From NCBI GenBank assembly GCA_937896065.1, contig CALBLI010000060.1, forward strand, positions 1,990-65,989: a stretch of 64,000 bases of DNA, read 5' to 3'. This stretch comes from an uncultured Bacillales bacterium (GTDB lineage Bacteria > Bacillota_I > Bacilli_A > RFN20 > CAG-288). The position numbers and the translations under genes were made by a program. Below the pieces are notes generated by a model. That model saw only the letters and a program-made list of their open reading frames with translations. It was not told the DNA's origin and ran no database searches. Shown here in pieces: positions 1-10,867 of the stretch (positions are counted from its first letter, which is position 1; every line of letters begins with the position of its first letter).

Positions 1-2125
1 AAGGTCATTTTTTGCCTTGTTACTTACTCTCTCTACAGTCATGACTTCATGTAAAAAAACTGAAGACTACACCTATCCTGGTGCTGATTTTAGGGAAGGT
101 AAAATTGTTTATGTAAACGGCAAAGAATACAAATACAAAGATATCTACAAACTTTTTGATGGAAAGAAAGAATCTGCAAGTGCTTATTTTTCCATTGCTA
201 AAAGTGTTTTGACTCAGTTAGTTACTGAAAGAACATCGGCTATGAAGACTATTGTTGATGATAAGATGGAAGATTATCGTGATCAATGGAATACAAATGC
301 TAAAAACAACAATACTTCCTATGAAGAAGAAAAACAAAAAACTTTATCTAGTGAAGGCGTTTTAGATGAAGCAGCTTTAGAAAACAAGCTATATGTCAAT
401 CAACAAACTACTGAAAATGAAAATAATTACTTTAAAGATAACCCAGGTGCTGATGATTACACCTACTATATATCTGAAGATGTAACTAAAAAGTTTGTTA
501 CTGATAACCTTCCATATCATGTCTCACACATCTTAGTGAAGGTTGATGCTTCAAGTGATGGTGAAGGTTTATCAAATGGTAAGATTTCAGCAGATAATGC
601 AACTAAGATTGGTACCACTATTAAAAACCTTATTTCCAGTGATTCATTTGGATCAGTTGCTCAACAACTTTCTGATGATTCAGGCAGTGCTAAAACATAT
701 GGTGAACTCGCTGATTCTTCAAATGGTGTAGCTATGGAAAAAAGAACCTCTTACATCAATGAATTCAAATTAGGTATCTATGCTTATGATGCATTTGTCA
801 ATAAAAACACTGGTAGTGGAACTAATACTACTTTAAAGAAATCTCTTCGTGTTCCAGGTCAAGAATTAGATGATGGTTCTCAAGATACATCAGTTTCTAG
901 TGAGATTGCTGATACAAGTATCTATAAAAAACAAGTGTTTGGTATTCCTTTATCTGTTGCTTTAACAATGTCTTATGTCGCTAGTAAAGATAAAGCTGAT
1001 TCAGGTAGTAAGCCAACTAATGCTAGTGAAAATCAATATCCTAGAAATATCTATTTTAATAACTACTTCAATCAACACTCTGTATCATTTATTTATAATG
1101 ATGCTGATGAATACAAAGCTAATTTCTTAGCTGATATAAAAGCAACTTATGGAAATGATGATACTTATAAAGATATTGCCTATGTTTCTAAAGCTGATGC
1201 AACTAGTGCTGGTGGTGATGCTAACAAATCAGTTGAAGCTTTACTTCCTACAAGATATGAAGAATATAGGTCAATTCAAGAAACTCTTGATACTTATATA
1301 GGTTCCAAAGATAAAAGAACCGATGCCTATAGTAAGAAGTTTAAATCATTTACTGAAGTTGCTGCCGCTGATGCTAAACTTGTTTCATACAAAGGCAGTT
1401 ATCAAAAAAATTCAGCTAAAGATGAATATTATGCAACAAACAAAGTAACTGCACTCGATACTTCAGATAAAGATATCTTGACTGATGAAAGAGGTAATCC
1501 AATTATTGTCGTAAGAGGCGGTTCTGATTCATATCAAGGAATTCATTTCATCACTGTTAATAAAAATCCATTCAATAATACTGGCATTGATGAAAATAAT
1601 TACAAATACTGGTCTATTACTATTCCTGATAGTTCTAAAACTGGTGCTGCTTATTCAACCGATTATTCAACAAATCCATCATTTATCAATTTTGTTAATG
1701 ATTCTTCAAGTCAAAAAACAACCTATAAAGATAGAGCAACCATGATCAGAAATGATATCAAAGCTGCTAATTCTTCTTTACAAACATATGACTTATGGGA
1801 ATACAACTTACAAAAATATAAAGAAAAATATAATGTTGACTTCTTAGAATTATTAGGCGATAAGAAAAATACTATTGTCTCATATGTTAACTCTAGTAAG
1901 AAAGGTACCATTTCTTCATCAAGCGATACCCTAGATTCAAGTTGGGAATCATATATTAAAAAACTCACTTATGACGAAAATATTGCCAAACCTAGAGATA
2001 TGATTCCAACAGTTTGTATTGGTTATTTCAATAGAGGTTCTTACTCTATTAAAACTAAAGATCCAAATGATTCATCTAAAACTGTTGATACATATATAGG
2101 AGGTGCTTGTCATGTCAGTAAATAA
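1..2125 (+). CDS. Surface lipoprotein, 5'-partial (signal peptide runs off the window edge). S/T/D/N/K-rich. Possible parvulin/PrsA-like segment (VSHILVKVD...)
   Basis: Frame of ORF 17..2125 is open back to nt 2 (RSFFALLLTLSTVMTSCKK); lipobox-like VMTSC; 702 aa uninterrupted; HIL motif suggestive of a parvulin PPIase domain (weak). Confidence 0.7.
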   Translation, partial: RSFFALLLTLSTVMTSCKKTEDYTYPGADFREGKIVYVNGKEYKYKDIYKLFDGKKESASAYFSIAKSVLTQLVTERTSAMKTIVDDKMEDYRDQWNTNAKNNNTSYEEEKQKTLSSEGVLDEAALENKLYVNQQTTENENNYFKDNPGADDYTYYISEDVTKKFVTDNLPYHVSHILVKVDASSDGEGLSNGKISADNATKIGTTIKNLISSDSFGSVAQQLSDDSGSAKTYGELADSSNGVAMEKRTSYINEFKLGIYAYDAFVNKNTGSGTNTTLKKSLRVPGQELDDGSQDTSVSSEIADTSIYKKQVFGIPLSVALTMSYVASKDKADSGSKPTNASENQYPRNIYFNNYFNQHSVSFIYNDADEYKANFLADIKATYGNDDTYKDIAYVSKADATSAGGDANKSVEALLPTRYEEYRSIQETLDTYIGSKDKRTDAYSKKFKSFTEVAAADAKLVSYKGSYQKNSAKDEYYATNKVTALDTSDKDILTDERGNPIIVVRGGSDSYQGIHFITVNKNPFNNTGIDENNYKYWSITIPDSSKTGAAYSTDYSTNPSFINFVNDSSSQKTTYKDRATMIRNDIKAANSSLQTYDLWEYNLQKYKEKYNVDFLELLGDKKNTIVSYVNSSKKGTISSSSDTLDSSWESYIKKLTYDENIAKPRDMIPTVCIGYFNRGSYSIKTKDPNDSSKTVDTYIGGACHVSK

Positions 2126-3857
2126 AAAATTCAGAAAGTCTATTTCATTTTTAGCTTTAGGTTTACTTTTAAGCTCATGTGGTTCTTCTACACCAGTTAA
2201 ATATCCAGAAGATTATAGTGATAAAGTCTTTGATAATAGTGCTTTAGATGGCAAAGAAGATTCACCAGTTGATGGAAATGACTGGAAACATTATTATGAT
2301 AATGTTATTTCTTCATCAAGTGATGTTTATAAGAATGCTTTGAATCAAATTTTGCTTGATATTTCTAAATATGCTTATAACAATGATGGAACTGCTGGTG
2401 GTGATGTAACTCACATATTAAATGATTTCAATGATAAAAATTCAGTTTATTTAGGTACTAACACTTCTACTGGTGATTACGATAACCTTTTAAATCGTGC
2501 TAAAAATTCCATGTTAGCTCTTGCTCAAGATACTAATTATATTAAAGATAATTTATTCTATGAATCAAAATTTGTTGCCGCTCAACAACTCGCTTATACC
2601 TTAGGTGAAAATTTTGATGATAGCAAGATAAGCAAAGCTGGTAGATTTGTTCCTAAAAATGCTACTTATGAACAAATCTTCACAGGTGATTACTCTCATT
2701 ATATGGAAACCACTTATTATGATGATTTAAGAATGCAATATTTGACTGCTGATTACATCTATAATAAGTCCTATGCTTCAATTGGTAACTCTACTGCTAG
2801 AAAAGTTCAAGTTGTTGCTTTAACTGATAGAAGCGATAATGTCGGTGCTGCTAAAAGATTGCTTACTGCTTATGTAAGAGATTATATTGCAGGTACTGGT
2901 AGCGATACTTCTAAAGTTGGAACTGATCCTAACTTTGAAATATTACAAACCATGTGGAAAGGTGTCACTTCTGATTTTGTAAAAGAAATCGATCCCGATT
3001 ATGTTAGCAGATATCCTAGTTCATTATTCTTAACTGCTGATCAACAAACATGGTTAAAAAATAAAAATAATAACCTCATCTCTGATTCTTCTTCTGAAAT
3101 GCTTATTGGTTCTACTATGTCTGATAAGAAAAAACTTGATAAGATGAAACTTACAGGTGATCCTGAACATGATCAAGATGCCTACGCTAACAAAGATTCT
3201 TCACTTGAATCTTCTTATACTGATTCTTATACTCACTCAGTTGAGATTGGTCTTAGAAATAAAATTGATACTACTTTGAGTGCCAATTATGTTACAACTG
3301 GAATTTTCACTTCTAGTGATGATGTAGGCGGTGTTCCAACATCATTAAAAAATAATATTTTCTCTGTCAATTTAGCAACTGATAAAGATACAGTTGATAA
3401 GATGAAAAATAAGAAAGATAAAGACGGAAACGATTCAGCTGATTATGTTTCAATCGATGGTGTTTCCATCTTCCAAAATGATGGTAATAGATATATCATC
3501 AATAATGGTAGTGTCTCTTCTGACGATAATAAAATCATTCACTATGATTCAGATAACAAAATCTACTACATTGTTAGAATCTTAGATGTTGTTTCAAACT
3601 CTGCTTTAAATCAAAATTCAACAACTTCTATGTATGATACAGCTAGCAAGAAAGAACAAATTGCTCGTGAAGTCGCTTTCAAACTTGCTGATTCTGATAC
3701 TTATCAAAAAGAAGCAACCATCTACTATCTTAGAAGATCTAATCTTGATATCTCTGATGATGCATTCTTAACTTATCTTAAAGACAATTATAAAGATTTA
3801 TTTAAGACTACTTCACCATACGATAGTGAACCAAAGATTGCTTTTAAATCTAGATAA
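2112..3857 (+). CDS. Surface lipoprotein (signal peptide plus lipobox LLSSCGSS); S/T/D/N-rich, function unknown
   Basis: ATG at 2112 preceded by GGAGG (2096-2100) at ~11 nt spacing; the ORF-track start at 2103 is GTG with no better RBS; clear lipoprotein signal sequence. Confidence 0.75.
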   Translation: MSVNKKFRKSISFLALGLLLSSCGSSTPVKYPEDYSDKVFDNSALDGKEDSPVDGNDWKHYYDNVISSSSDVYKNALNQILLDISKYAYNNDGTAGGDVTHILNDFNDKNSVYLGTNTSTGDYDNLLNRAKNSMLALAQDTNYIKDNLFYESKFVAAQQLAYTLGENFDDSKISKAGRFVPKNATYEQIFTGDYSHYMETTYYDDLRMQYLTADYIYNKSYASIGNSTARKVQVVALTDRSDNVGAAKRLLTAYVRDYIAGTGSDTSKVGTDPNFEILQTMWKGVTSDFVKEIDPDYVSRYPSSLFLTADQQTWLKNKNNNLISDSSSEMLIGSTMSDKKKLDKMKLTGDPEHDQDAYANKDSSLESSYTDSYTHSVEIGLRNKIDTTLSANYVTTGIFTSSDDVGGVPTSLKNNIFSVNLATDKDTVDKMKNKKDKDGNDSADYVSIDGVSIFQNDGNRYIINNGSVSSDDNKIIHYDSDNKIYYIVRILDVVSNSALNQNSTTSMYDTASKKEQIAREVAFKLADSDTYQKEATIYYLRRSNLDISDDAFLTYLKDNYKDLFKTTSPYDSEPKIAFKSR

Positions 3858-3865
3858 ATAATATA

Positions 3866-3894
3866 AGAAGGCTACATAAAGTAGCCTTCTTTTT
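3866..3894 (+). terminator. Rho-independent terminator after the lipoprotein gene
   Basis: Perfect 10-bp stem agaaggctac / gtagccttct with loop ataaa, followed by a T-run. Confidence 0.75.
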
Positions 3895-3914
3895 AAAAAA
3901 GAGGTAAATAAATT

Positions 3915-4331
3915 ATGGATTCTTGTATTTTTTGTAAAATAATAAGAGGTGAAATTCCTTCTTATAAAGTCTATGAAGATGAACTGGTCATCGCTATTTT
4001 AGATGTTAATCCATCAAGTAATGGGCACACGCTTGTTATGCCTAAAGAACATTTCAGTGATGTAACAACTACTCCTAAAAATATTCTTGACCACTGTTTT
4101 GAAGTGAGTCAAGTTATCGCCCAAGCTCAAATCAAACAGCTTCATGCAACTGGTGTTAATATCATTACTAATGCTGGAAAAAGTGCAGGACAAAGCGTCA
4201 TGCATTTTCATATTCATGTCATTCCACGTTATGAAAATGATGGACTTGACATCTCGCTTGGATTCCCAATTAAGAAAATTGAAAATAAAGATATGCTTCT
4301 TCTTTGCGATTCAATTAAAAAAGGCATTTAA
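3915..4331 (+). CDS. HIT-family (histidine triad) nucleotide hydrolase
   Basis: 138 aa; HxHxHxx motif HFHIHVIP; N-terminal CIFCKI zinc motif typical of Hint proteins; RBS agaggtaaataaattATG. Confidence 0.85.
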   Translation: MDSCIFCKIIRGEIPSYKVYEDELVIAILDVNPSSNGHTLVMPKEHFSDVTTTPKNILDHCFEVSQVIAQAQIKQLHATGVNIITNAGKSAGQSVMHFHIHVIPRYENDGLDISLGFPIKKIENKDMLLLCDSIKKGI

Positions 4332-4424
4332 TATTAATTTTTGATATCATATTTCTATTATTTAAATGTCTAATAAAGTAAAATATATAGTTGTTAAACT
4401 ATATATTTTTGCTATGGAGGTTGT

Positions 4425-5237
4425 ATGTCTCAACTTGAAATAAAAAATCTAACTGTCAGTGCTGTTGGACAGTCAAATAATATTTTAAATGATGTTTCTT
4501 TAAGTGTTGATAAAGGGGATATTTTAGCACTTCTTGGTCCTAATGGTCATGGAAAATCGACACTTTTAAATACTATCATGGGTTCAACTTTTTATACTGT
4601 TAATGATGGTGATATTCTTTTAAATAAAGAATCTATTTTAAATGATGATGTGACAACAAGAAGCAAAAAAGGTATCTTTATGGCTTTTCAAAATCCACCT
4701 GAAATTCCTGGTGTCATAACCATGGACTTTCTTAAAGCAAGTATGAATGCACATCTTGATAAACCAGTCTCCATCTATTCTTTTTATAAAGAAGTCAATG
4801 CTGTTTATAATAAAGTAAATTTAGATGATGATTTAATAAATCGTTATTTGAATGACGGTTTTTCTGGTGGTGAAAAGAAAAGAAATGAAATACTACAACT
4901 TCTTTTATTAAAACCTCAAATATGCATGCTTGATGAAATCGATTCTGGTCTTGATTTTGATAGTATCAAAATGATTGCTGATATTATTAATGATTTAAAA
5001 AAAGAAGGCACCACCTTTATTATCATATCTCATTATCAAAAATTATTAGAGCTTGTTAAACCCAATAAAACAGCTATTTTAGTTAATGGTAAAGTTGTGT
5101 TAGAAGGTGATTATTCTCTTTCTTTAAAGGTTGCAACTTCAGGATATTCATTTTTAGAAAAAGAATATCACATTGATATATCAAAAAAAGAAAAGAAGCA
5201 AGTCATGCTTGAATCATGTGCTGTTAAAAAGAGATAA
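4425..5237 (+). CDS. sufC: Fe-S cluster assembly ATPase SufC
   Basis: Walker A GPNGHGKST, ABC signature FSGGEKKR, Walker B LDEIDSGLD; RBS GGAGGttgtATG; first gene of the suf operon. Confidence 0.9.
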   Translation: MSQLEIKNLTVSAVGQSNNILNDVSLSVDKGDILALLGPNGHGKSTLLNTIMGSTFYTVNDGDILLNKESILNDDVTTRSKKGIFMAFQNPPEIPGVITMDFLKASMNAHLDKPVSIYSFYKEVNAVYNKVNLDDDLINRYLNDGFSGGEKKRNEILQLLLLKPQICMLDEIDSGLDFDSIKMIADIINDLKKEGTTFIIISHYQKLLELVKPNKTAILVNGKVVLEGDYSLSLKVATSGYSFLEKEYHIDISKKEKKQVMLESCAVKKR

Positions 5238-5239
5238 AT

Positions 5240-5902
5240 ATGAATATTATTAATCAAAATATCAAAACTAAAATTATCAAAGAAGATCAAAATTTAAATT
5301 ATATCTTTTTAAATGAAGATAATTATAATATTGATGAAACAATTGAAGTTTTAGAAAATGTCAATTTAAATTTCTTAATTGGTGATTTTAAAGCCTCTAA
5401 TAAAGATATTAATTTAAGTTTTAATTTACATAGAAATGCACGTGTATATGTTGATGTTATCTCAATTTCACGTTTATCTTTTATTAAAAAATTTCATATA
5501 TGTATCAATCATCTTGAAGAAAATTCATATTCAAGATGCAAGATGATTGGAATCAATGATGATAATGCTACTTTAATTTTTAAAGGGGATTCTTTTATTA
5601 AAAATGGTGCTAAAAATTCTGATACAATTCAAGAAGCAAGAATAACCAATTTATCATTTGATTGCAAATCAGAAGCTAGCCCTGGCTTATATATTAAAGA
5701 AAATGATGTCAAAGCAAGTCATAAAGCTAGTCTTGGCAGTTATAATGAAAATGATATCTACTATTTATTGAGTCGTGGTTTGACATTAAAGGAAAGTAAA
5801 TTACTAATATCAAATGGACAGCTTTATCCTATCATTTCAAAAATTGACGATGAAAATATAAAAAACGATATTGAATTAACAATAAAGGAGATTTTAAAAT
5901 GA
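5240..5902 (+). CDS. sufD: Fe-S cluster assembly protein SufD, short form (220 aa)
   Basis: Sits between sufC and sufS; C-terminal SufB/D-type motif ...NDIYYLLSRGL; about half the length of B. subtilis SufD. Confidence 0.7.
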   Translation: MNIINQNIKTKIIKEDQNLNYIFLNEDNYNIDETIEVLENVNLNFLIGDFKASNKDINLSFNLHRNARVYVDVISISRLSFIKKFHICINHLEENSYSRCKMIGINDDNATLIFKGDSFIKNGAKNSDTIQEARITNLSFDCKSEASPGLYIKENDVKASHKASLGSYNENDIYYLLSRGLTLKESKLLISNGQLYPIISKIDDENIKNDIELTIKEILK

Positions 5903-7134
5903 ACCTTGGTAAAAATATAAGACAAGATTTTCCAATGTATAATGAAAATGGAAAATATAAAAACGTTCCTCTTCATTATTTAGATAATTCTGCTACTACT
6001 TTTAAACCATATCCTGTCATCAAAGCTATCAATAATTATAATTATCATATGACATGTAATGCTCATCGTGGTGATTATACTTTAGCATATGATGTCTCAT
6101 CTGCTTTTGAAAAAGCCAGAAGTGAAATAGCTTCTTTTATAAATGCAAAAAATGAAGAAATTATTTTTACTTCCTCCACAACCATGTCTTTAAATGAACT
6201 AGCTTATATGCTTGAAGATACTCTTTTAGAAGGTGATGAAGTAGTCATTTCTAAACAAGAACATGCTTCTAATGTTTTGCCATGGTTTAATTTAAAGAAA
6301 AGAAAAGGTATTGAGATCAAATATGTCGACATTGAATCAGATGGAAATATTCTTCCTTCTAAACTTGAAAAAGTGATGAGCAGCAAAACTAAGATAGTTT
6401 CACTTGCTAGTGTATCTAATGTTTTGGGTTATCCTCTTGATGTTAAAGCTTTAGCTAAAGTTGCACATGATAATAATGCCATATATATTGCTGATGCTGC
6501 TCAAAGTATTGCTCATAATAAAACTGATGTTAAAGACTTAGATGTCGACTTTTTATGCTTTTCTGGTCATAAAATGCTAGGCCCAACTGGTATTGGTGTT
6601 TTATACGGGAAAATTGATAGTTTAAAAAGACTTGATCCAGTCTTTTTAGGTGGAGAAATGAATGCACGTTTTTATAGTGATTCAACTTATACTTTAGCAG
6701 ATATTCCTTTAAGATTTGAAGCTGGTACTCAAAATATTGCAGGCGTTTTAGGTTTAGCTGCTGCCTGTTCTTATTTAAATAAAATCGGTTTTGAAAATAT
6801 TTCATATCATGAATTAAAATTAAAAAAGCACCTGATTGAATTATTAAGGCAAAATAATGACGTTGTTATTTATAATGAGTTATCTCCTTCAGGCATTATC
6901 ACTTTTAATGTTAAAGATGTTTTTTCACAAGATGTCGCTTCATATTTATCTACTTATGGAATCTATGTAAGAACTGGTACTCACTGTGCCAAGCTTTTAC
7001 CTGAAGTTATTGAAGCTGATACAACTATCCGTGCTTCATTATATATTTATAATGACATTGATGATGTTGATGAATTAGCTACAAGATTGAAATCAGCAAA
7101 GGAGGATTATTTAAATGCCTTTTTCTCTAAATGA
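5899..7134 (+). CDS. sufS: Cysteine desulfurase SufS (PLP-dependent)
   Basis: PLP-lysine motif SGHKMLGPTGIGVL; catalytic cysteine in RTGTHCA; RBS AAGGAGattttaaaATG; 4-nt overlap with sufD. Confidence 0.9.
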   Translation: MNLGKNIRQDFPMYNENGKYKNVPLHYLDNSATTFKPYPVIKAINNYNYHMTCNAHRGDYTLAYDVSSAFEKARSEIASFINAKNEEIIFTSSTTMSLNELAYMLEDTLLEGDEVVISKQEHASNVLPWFNLKKRKGIEIKYVDIESDGNILPSKLEKVMSSKTKIVSLASVSNVLGYPLDVKALAKVAHDNNAIYIADAAQSIAHNKTDVKDLDVDFLCFSGHKMLGPTGIGVLYGKIDSLKRLDPVFLGGEMNARFYSDSTYTLADIPLRFEAGTQNIAGVLGLAAACSYLNKIGFENISYHELKLKKHLIELLRQNNDVVIYNELSPSGIITFNVKDVFSQDVASYLSTYGIYVRTGTHCAKLLPEVIEADTTIRASLYIYNDIDDVDELATRLKSAKEDYLNAFFSK

Positions 7135-7561
7135 TGAAATGATGAGAGAAATCATCATTGATCACTATAAAAATCCTCGTAACAAGGAAGAAATAAATGA
7201 TAATAGATATATAACTATTCATATGGATTCAGCTAGTTGCATCGATGATATTTATCTTCAAGTTCTAATTATTGATAATAAAATAGAAGATATGAAATGG
7301 CATGGTACAGGTTGTACTATCTCTTTAGCAAGCACTTCTATTTTATCAACTATGATTAAAGATATGAGCGTTGATGATGCTGATTCATTAATAAATTCCT
7401 TCAATGAATTTTTATTAGGACATGATGAAAGTGAAGAAAAATTAAAAGAATTATATGCTTTTAAAAATGTCAATAGACAGCCATCAAGAATCACTTGTGC
7501 TAATATCTCTTTTAGAGGATTAAAAGAAGCTTTAGAGGAGTATCAAAAAAATGAAAAATAA
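7115..7561 (+). CDS. sufU: SufU/IscU-like Fe-S scaffold / sulfurtransferase
   Basis: 148 aa; conserved cysteines (..ASCIDD.., [10 protein letters not shown], ..CANISF); RBS AAAGGAGGA upstream of the ATG at 7115. Confidence 0.85.
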   Translation: MPFSLNDEMMREIIIDHYKNPRNKEEINDNRYITIHMDSASCIDDIYLQVLIIDNKIEDMKWHGTGCTISLASTSILSTMIKDMSVDDADSLINSFNEFLLGHDESEEKLKELYAFKNVNRQPSRITCANISFRGLKEALEEYQKNEK

Positions 7562-8963
7562 AGATGAGAAGATTTTAGTTGATGATGATTCACGTGCTAA
7601 ATTTGAATTTAGAGACAAACAAAAATCTATTTTTAAAACTGAACGTGGATTAAGTGAAGATATAGTTAAAACTATTTCTAAAATCAAAAATGAGCCTCAA
7701 TTCATGTTAGATTTTAGGCTAAAAGCATATAAAACATTCATGAAGATGAAGCAACCTTCATTTGGACCTGATTTAAACTTCATCAATTTTCAAGATTATA
7801 CTTACTACACCAAAGTTAGTGACAAGCTTTCTTCTTCATGGGATGATGTTCCTATAGAAGTTAAATCAACATTTGATAAACTAGGTATTCCTGAAGCTGA
7901 GCAAAAATTTTTGGGTGGTGTCACAACTCAATATGAAAGTGAAGCTGTCTATTCTAATATGTTAAAAGAAGTATCTGATAAAAATGTTATCTTCTTAGAT
8001 ACTGATACTGGTTTAAGAGAATATCCTGAAATCTTTAAGAAGTATTTTGGAAAAGTTGTTCCTATTTCTGATAATAAATATGCTGCTTTAAATTCTGCAG
8101 TTTGGTCAGGTGGAAGTTTTATTTATGTTCCCAAAGGTGTCAAACTTGAAAAACCACTTCAATCATATTTTAGAATAAATAATAAAAGAAGTGGTCAATT
8201 TGAAAGAACTTTAATTATTGTTGATGATGATGCTGAGCTAAATTATGTTGAAGGCTGTACTGCTCCTATGTATTCTGAAGAATCACTTCACGCTGCTATT
8301 GTTGAAATATATGTTGGTAAAAGAGCTAAGATGAGATATACAACCATTCAAAATTGGTCTAATTCGATTTTAAATTTAGTCACTCAACGTGCTATTGTTG
8401 AAGAAGATGGACTCATGGAATGGGTCGATGGAAATATTGGTAGTAAAATCTGTATGAAATATCCTTGCTGCATCTTAAAAGGTGATCGCAGTAAAGGTAA
8501 TACAATCTCGATTGCTGTTGGCTCTAGTGGACAATATCAAGATACTGGTGCCAAGATGATTCATCTTGGGAAAGACACCTCATCGTCAATCATTTCAAAG
8601 TCAATTTCTAAATTAGGTGGTGTCACTAATTTTAGAGGTCAAATCAAAATTGGTAAAAATGCTACTAATTCACACTCTCATGAAGAATGTGATACTCTCA
8701 TTTTAGATAATTATTCCTTTTCTGATACTATTCCACATAATGAAGTTGAAAATTCATCTTCATATTTGGAGCATGAAGCAAGTGTTTCTAAAATTAATGA
8801 GACGCAATTATATTATCTAACTAGCCGCGGTTTATCTAAAAAAGAAGCCACTCAAATGATAGTCATGGGATTTTTAGAACCATTTGCAAAAGAATTACCG
8901 ATGGAATATGCCGTCGAATTGAATCAGCTTGTTAAACTTGATATGGACGGATCAATAGGATGA
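7551..8963 (+). CDS. sufB: Fe-S cluster assembly protein SufB
   Basis: 470 aa; conserved SufB core (..[23 protein letters not shown].., C-terminal [14 protein letters not shown]); RBS GAGGAG; last gene of the sufCDSUB order typical of Firmicutes. Confidence 0.9.
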   Translation: MKNKDEKILVDDDSRAKFEFRDKQKSIFKTERGLSEDIVKTISKIKNEPQFMLDFRLKAYKTFMKMKQPSFGPDLNFINFQDYTYYTKVSDKLSSSWDDVPIEVKSTFDKLGIPEAEQKFLGGVTTQYESEAVYSNMLKEVSDKNVIFLDTDTGLREYPEIFKKYFGKVVPISDNKYAALNSAVWSGGSFIYVPKGVKLEKPLQSYFRINNKRSGQFERTLIIVDDDAELNYVEGCTAPMYSEESLHAAIVEIYVGKRAKMRYTTIQNWSNSILNLVTQRAIVEEDGLMEWVDGNIGSKICMKYPCCILKGDRSKGNTISIAVGSSGQYQDTGAKMIHLGKDTSSSIISKSISKLGGVTNFRGQIKIGKNATNSHSHEECDTLILDNYSFSDTIPHNEVENSSSYLEHEASVSKINETQLYYLTSRGLSKKEATQMIVMGFLEPFAKELPMEYAVELNQLVKLDMDGSIG

Positions 8964-10867
8964 TTAAAAAAGATATTAACTCTGAATACGACGTTATCGT
9001 TATTGGTGCTGGACACGCTGGAATTGAAGCAAGTCATGCTTGTTTCAAACTCGGTTTAAAAACTCTTTTAGTATGCTTTGATTTTAAAATGGCATCTAAT
9101 ATGCCATGTAATCCTAATATTGGTGGTTCAGCTAAAGGTATTGTCGTCAGAGAAATAGATGCCTTAGGTGGTTTGATGGGAAAAATTGCTGATAAAGACG
9201 GTTCTCTTCTTCAAATGAAGGTTTTAAATATGTCAAAAGGACCTGGCGTAAGAAGTTTGCGTGCTCAAGAAGATAAAATTGGTTATCCTAAAAATATGCA
9301 AGAAGAGTTTTTAAAATATGATATTGACATCTATGAAGGCGAAGTTAAAAAAATTGAAACTGTTCCATATTTAAATCACAAAAAATTGACAGGTGTTATT
9401 TTAGATAATTCTAATTTCATTAAAGCTAAAGCAGTCATTGTTTCAACTGGAACTTTTTTGGATTCACGAATTTTACGAGGTGATGAAATCATCGATTCGG
9501 GCCCTGATAATCAAAAAGCATCACATGGATTATCTGCTTCATTAAAAGAAAATGGTCTCAATATTTTGAGATTAAAAACAGGAACCCCACCTCGTCTAGA
9601 TCCTAAATCAATCGATTATTCTAAGATGGAAGAAGAACTTGGAACTGATGGAAATTATGCATTCTCCTTTGATACAACTAAATTCATGAAAGTTGAAGAT
9701 ATGATCAAATGTCATCTTGTTTATACTAATTTAAAAACGCATGAAATAATCCGAAATAATCTTTCAAAATCAGCTATGTATTCAGGAACTATTAAAGGTG
9801 TCGGTCCAAGATATTGTCCATCAATTGAAGATAAAGTTGTCCGTTTTGCTTCTAGAAACAGACATCAACTTTTTTTAGAGCCTGAAAGCAAATACTTTGA
9901 CTCAATATACTTACAAGGTTTTTCAACATCGATGCCTAAAGATGTTCAAGAAGAAATGGTTCATTCAATTGAAGGGCTTGAAAATGCAAAGTTTTTAAAA
10001 TATGCCTATGCTATTGAATATGATGCAGTTGAACCTTCTCAATTATCACTTACCTTAGAAACTAAAAGTATCGATGGTTTATATATTGCTGGTCAGATGG
10101 CATCAACATCTGGATATGAAGAAGCTGCTGCATTAGGCTTGATGGCAGGTATCAATGCTTCATTAAAAATACTTAAAAGAGAACCATTAATTTTAAAAAG
10201 AGATGAAGCTTATATTGGAATAATGATTGATGATATTGTAAATAAAGGAACTACTGAACCATATCGTCTACTTTCAGCAAGAAGCGAATTTAGATTGATG
10301 ACAAGAAGCGATAATGCTGATATAAGGCTCATTGAAAAAGGTTATAATATTGGTTTAAATTCAAAAGAAAGATATGATAGAATCAATTCTAGAAATCAGC
10401 TTATTTTTAATACAATTGACCTTTTAGATGGTACTCAAATTGCTTCTAAAACCGATATTTCAAATTATGTGATGTCATTAGGTTATCCCAAACCTAATGG
10501 AAATGAAACTTTAAAGCAAACTTTAAGAAGACAAAACACTTCTTATAAACAGCTTTGTGATCTTTATCCTTCTTTACCAACATTATCTGATGAAGAGATA
10601 ATTAAACTTGAAACTGAAATAAGATATGAAGGATATATTATTGCCCAAAGAAAAGAGGCTGAAAGAAGAAAACAGTATGAAGATATCATCATCCCTGATG
10701 ATATTGATTATCTTAATATGACTGGCATTTCACTTGAAGCTAAGGAAAAGCTTAATATTAAAAGACCTAAAACACTAGGCGAAGCTAGCATGATAAGCAA
10801 TGTTCATCCAAGCGACATCGATGTTTTATCTTTTTACATCAGAAAGAAATATAATAAGACAAACTAA
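8960..10867 (+). CDS. mnmG: tRNA uridine-5-carboxymethylaminomethyl modification enzyme MnmG (GidA)
   Basis: 635 aa; FAD-binding motif [14 protein letters not shown]; full-length MnmG-like sequence. Confidence 0.92.
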   Translation: MIKKDINSEYDVIVIGAGHAGIEASHACFKLGLKTLLVCFDFKMASNMPCNPNIGGSAKGIVVREIDALGGLMGKIADKDGSLLQMKVLNMSKGPGVRSLRAQEDKIGYPKNMQEEFLKYDIDIYEGEVKKIETVPYLNHKKLTGVILDNSNFIKAKAVIVSTGTFLDSRILRGDEIIDSGPDNQKASHGLSASLKENGLNILRLKTGTPPRLDPKSIDYSKMEEELGTDGNYAFSFDTTKFMKVEDMIKCHLVYTNLKTHEIIRNNLSKSAMYSGTIKGVGPRYCPSIEDKVVRFASRNRHQLFLEPESKYFDSIYLQGFSTSMPKDVQEEMVHSIEGLENAKFLKYAYAIEYDAVEPSQLSLTLETKSIDGLYIAGQMASTSGYEEAAALGLMAGINASLKILKREPLILKRDEAYIGIMIDDIVNKGTTEPYRLLSARSEFRLMTRSDNADIRLIEKGYNIGLNSKERYDRINSRNQLIFNTIDLLDGTQIASKTDISNYVMSLGYPKPNGNETLKQTLRRQNTSYKQLCDLYPSLPTLSDEEIIKLETEIRYEGYIIAQRKEAERRKQYEDIIIPDDIDYLNMTGISLEAKEKLNIKRPKTLGEASMISNVHPSDIDVLSFYIRKKYNKTN

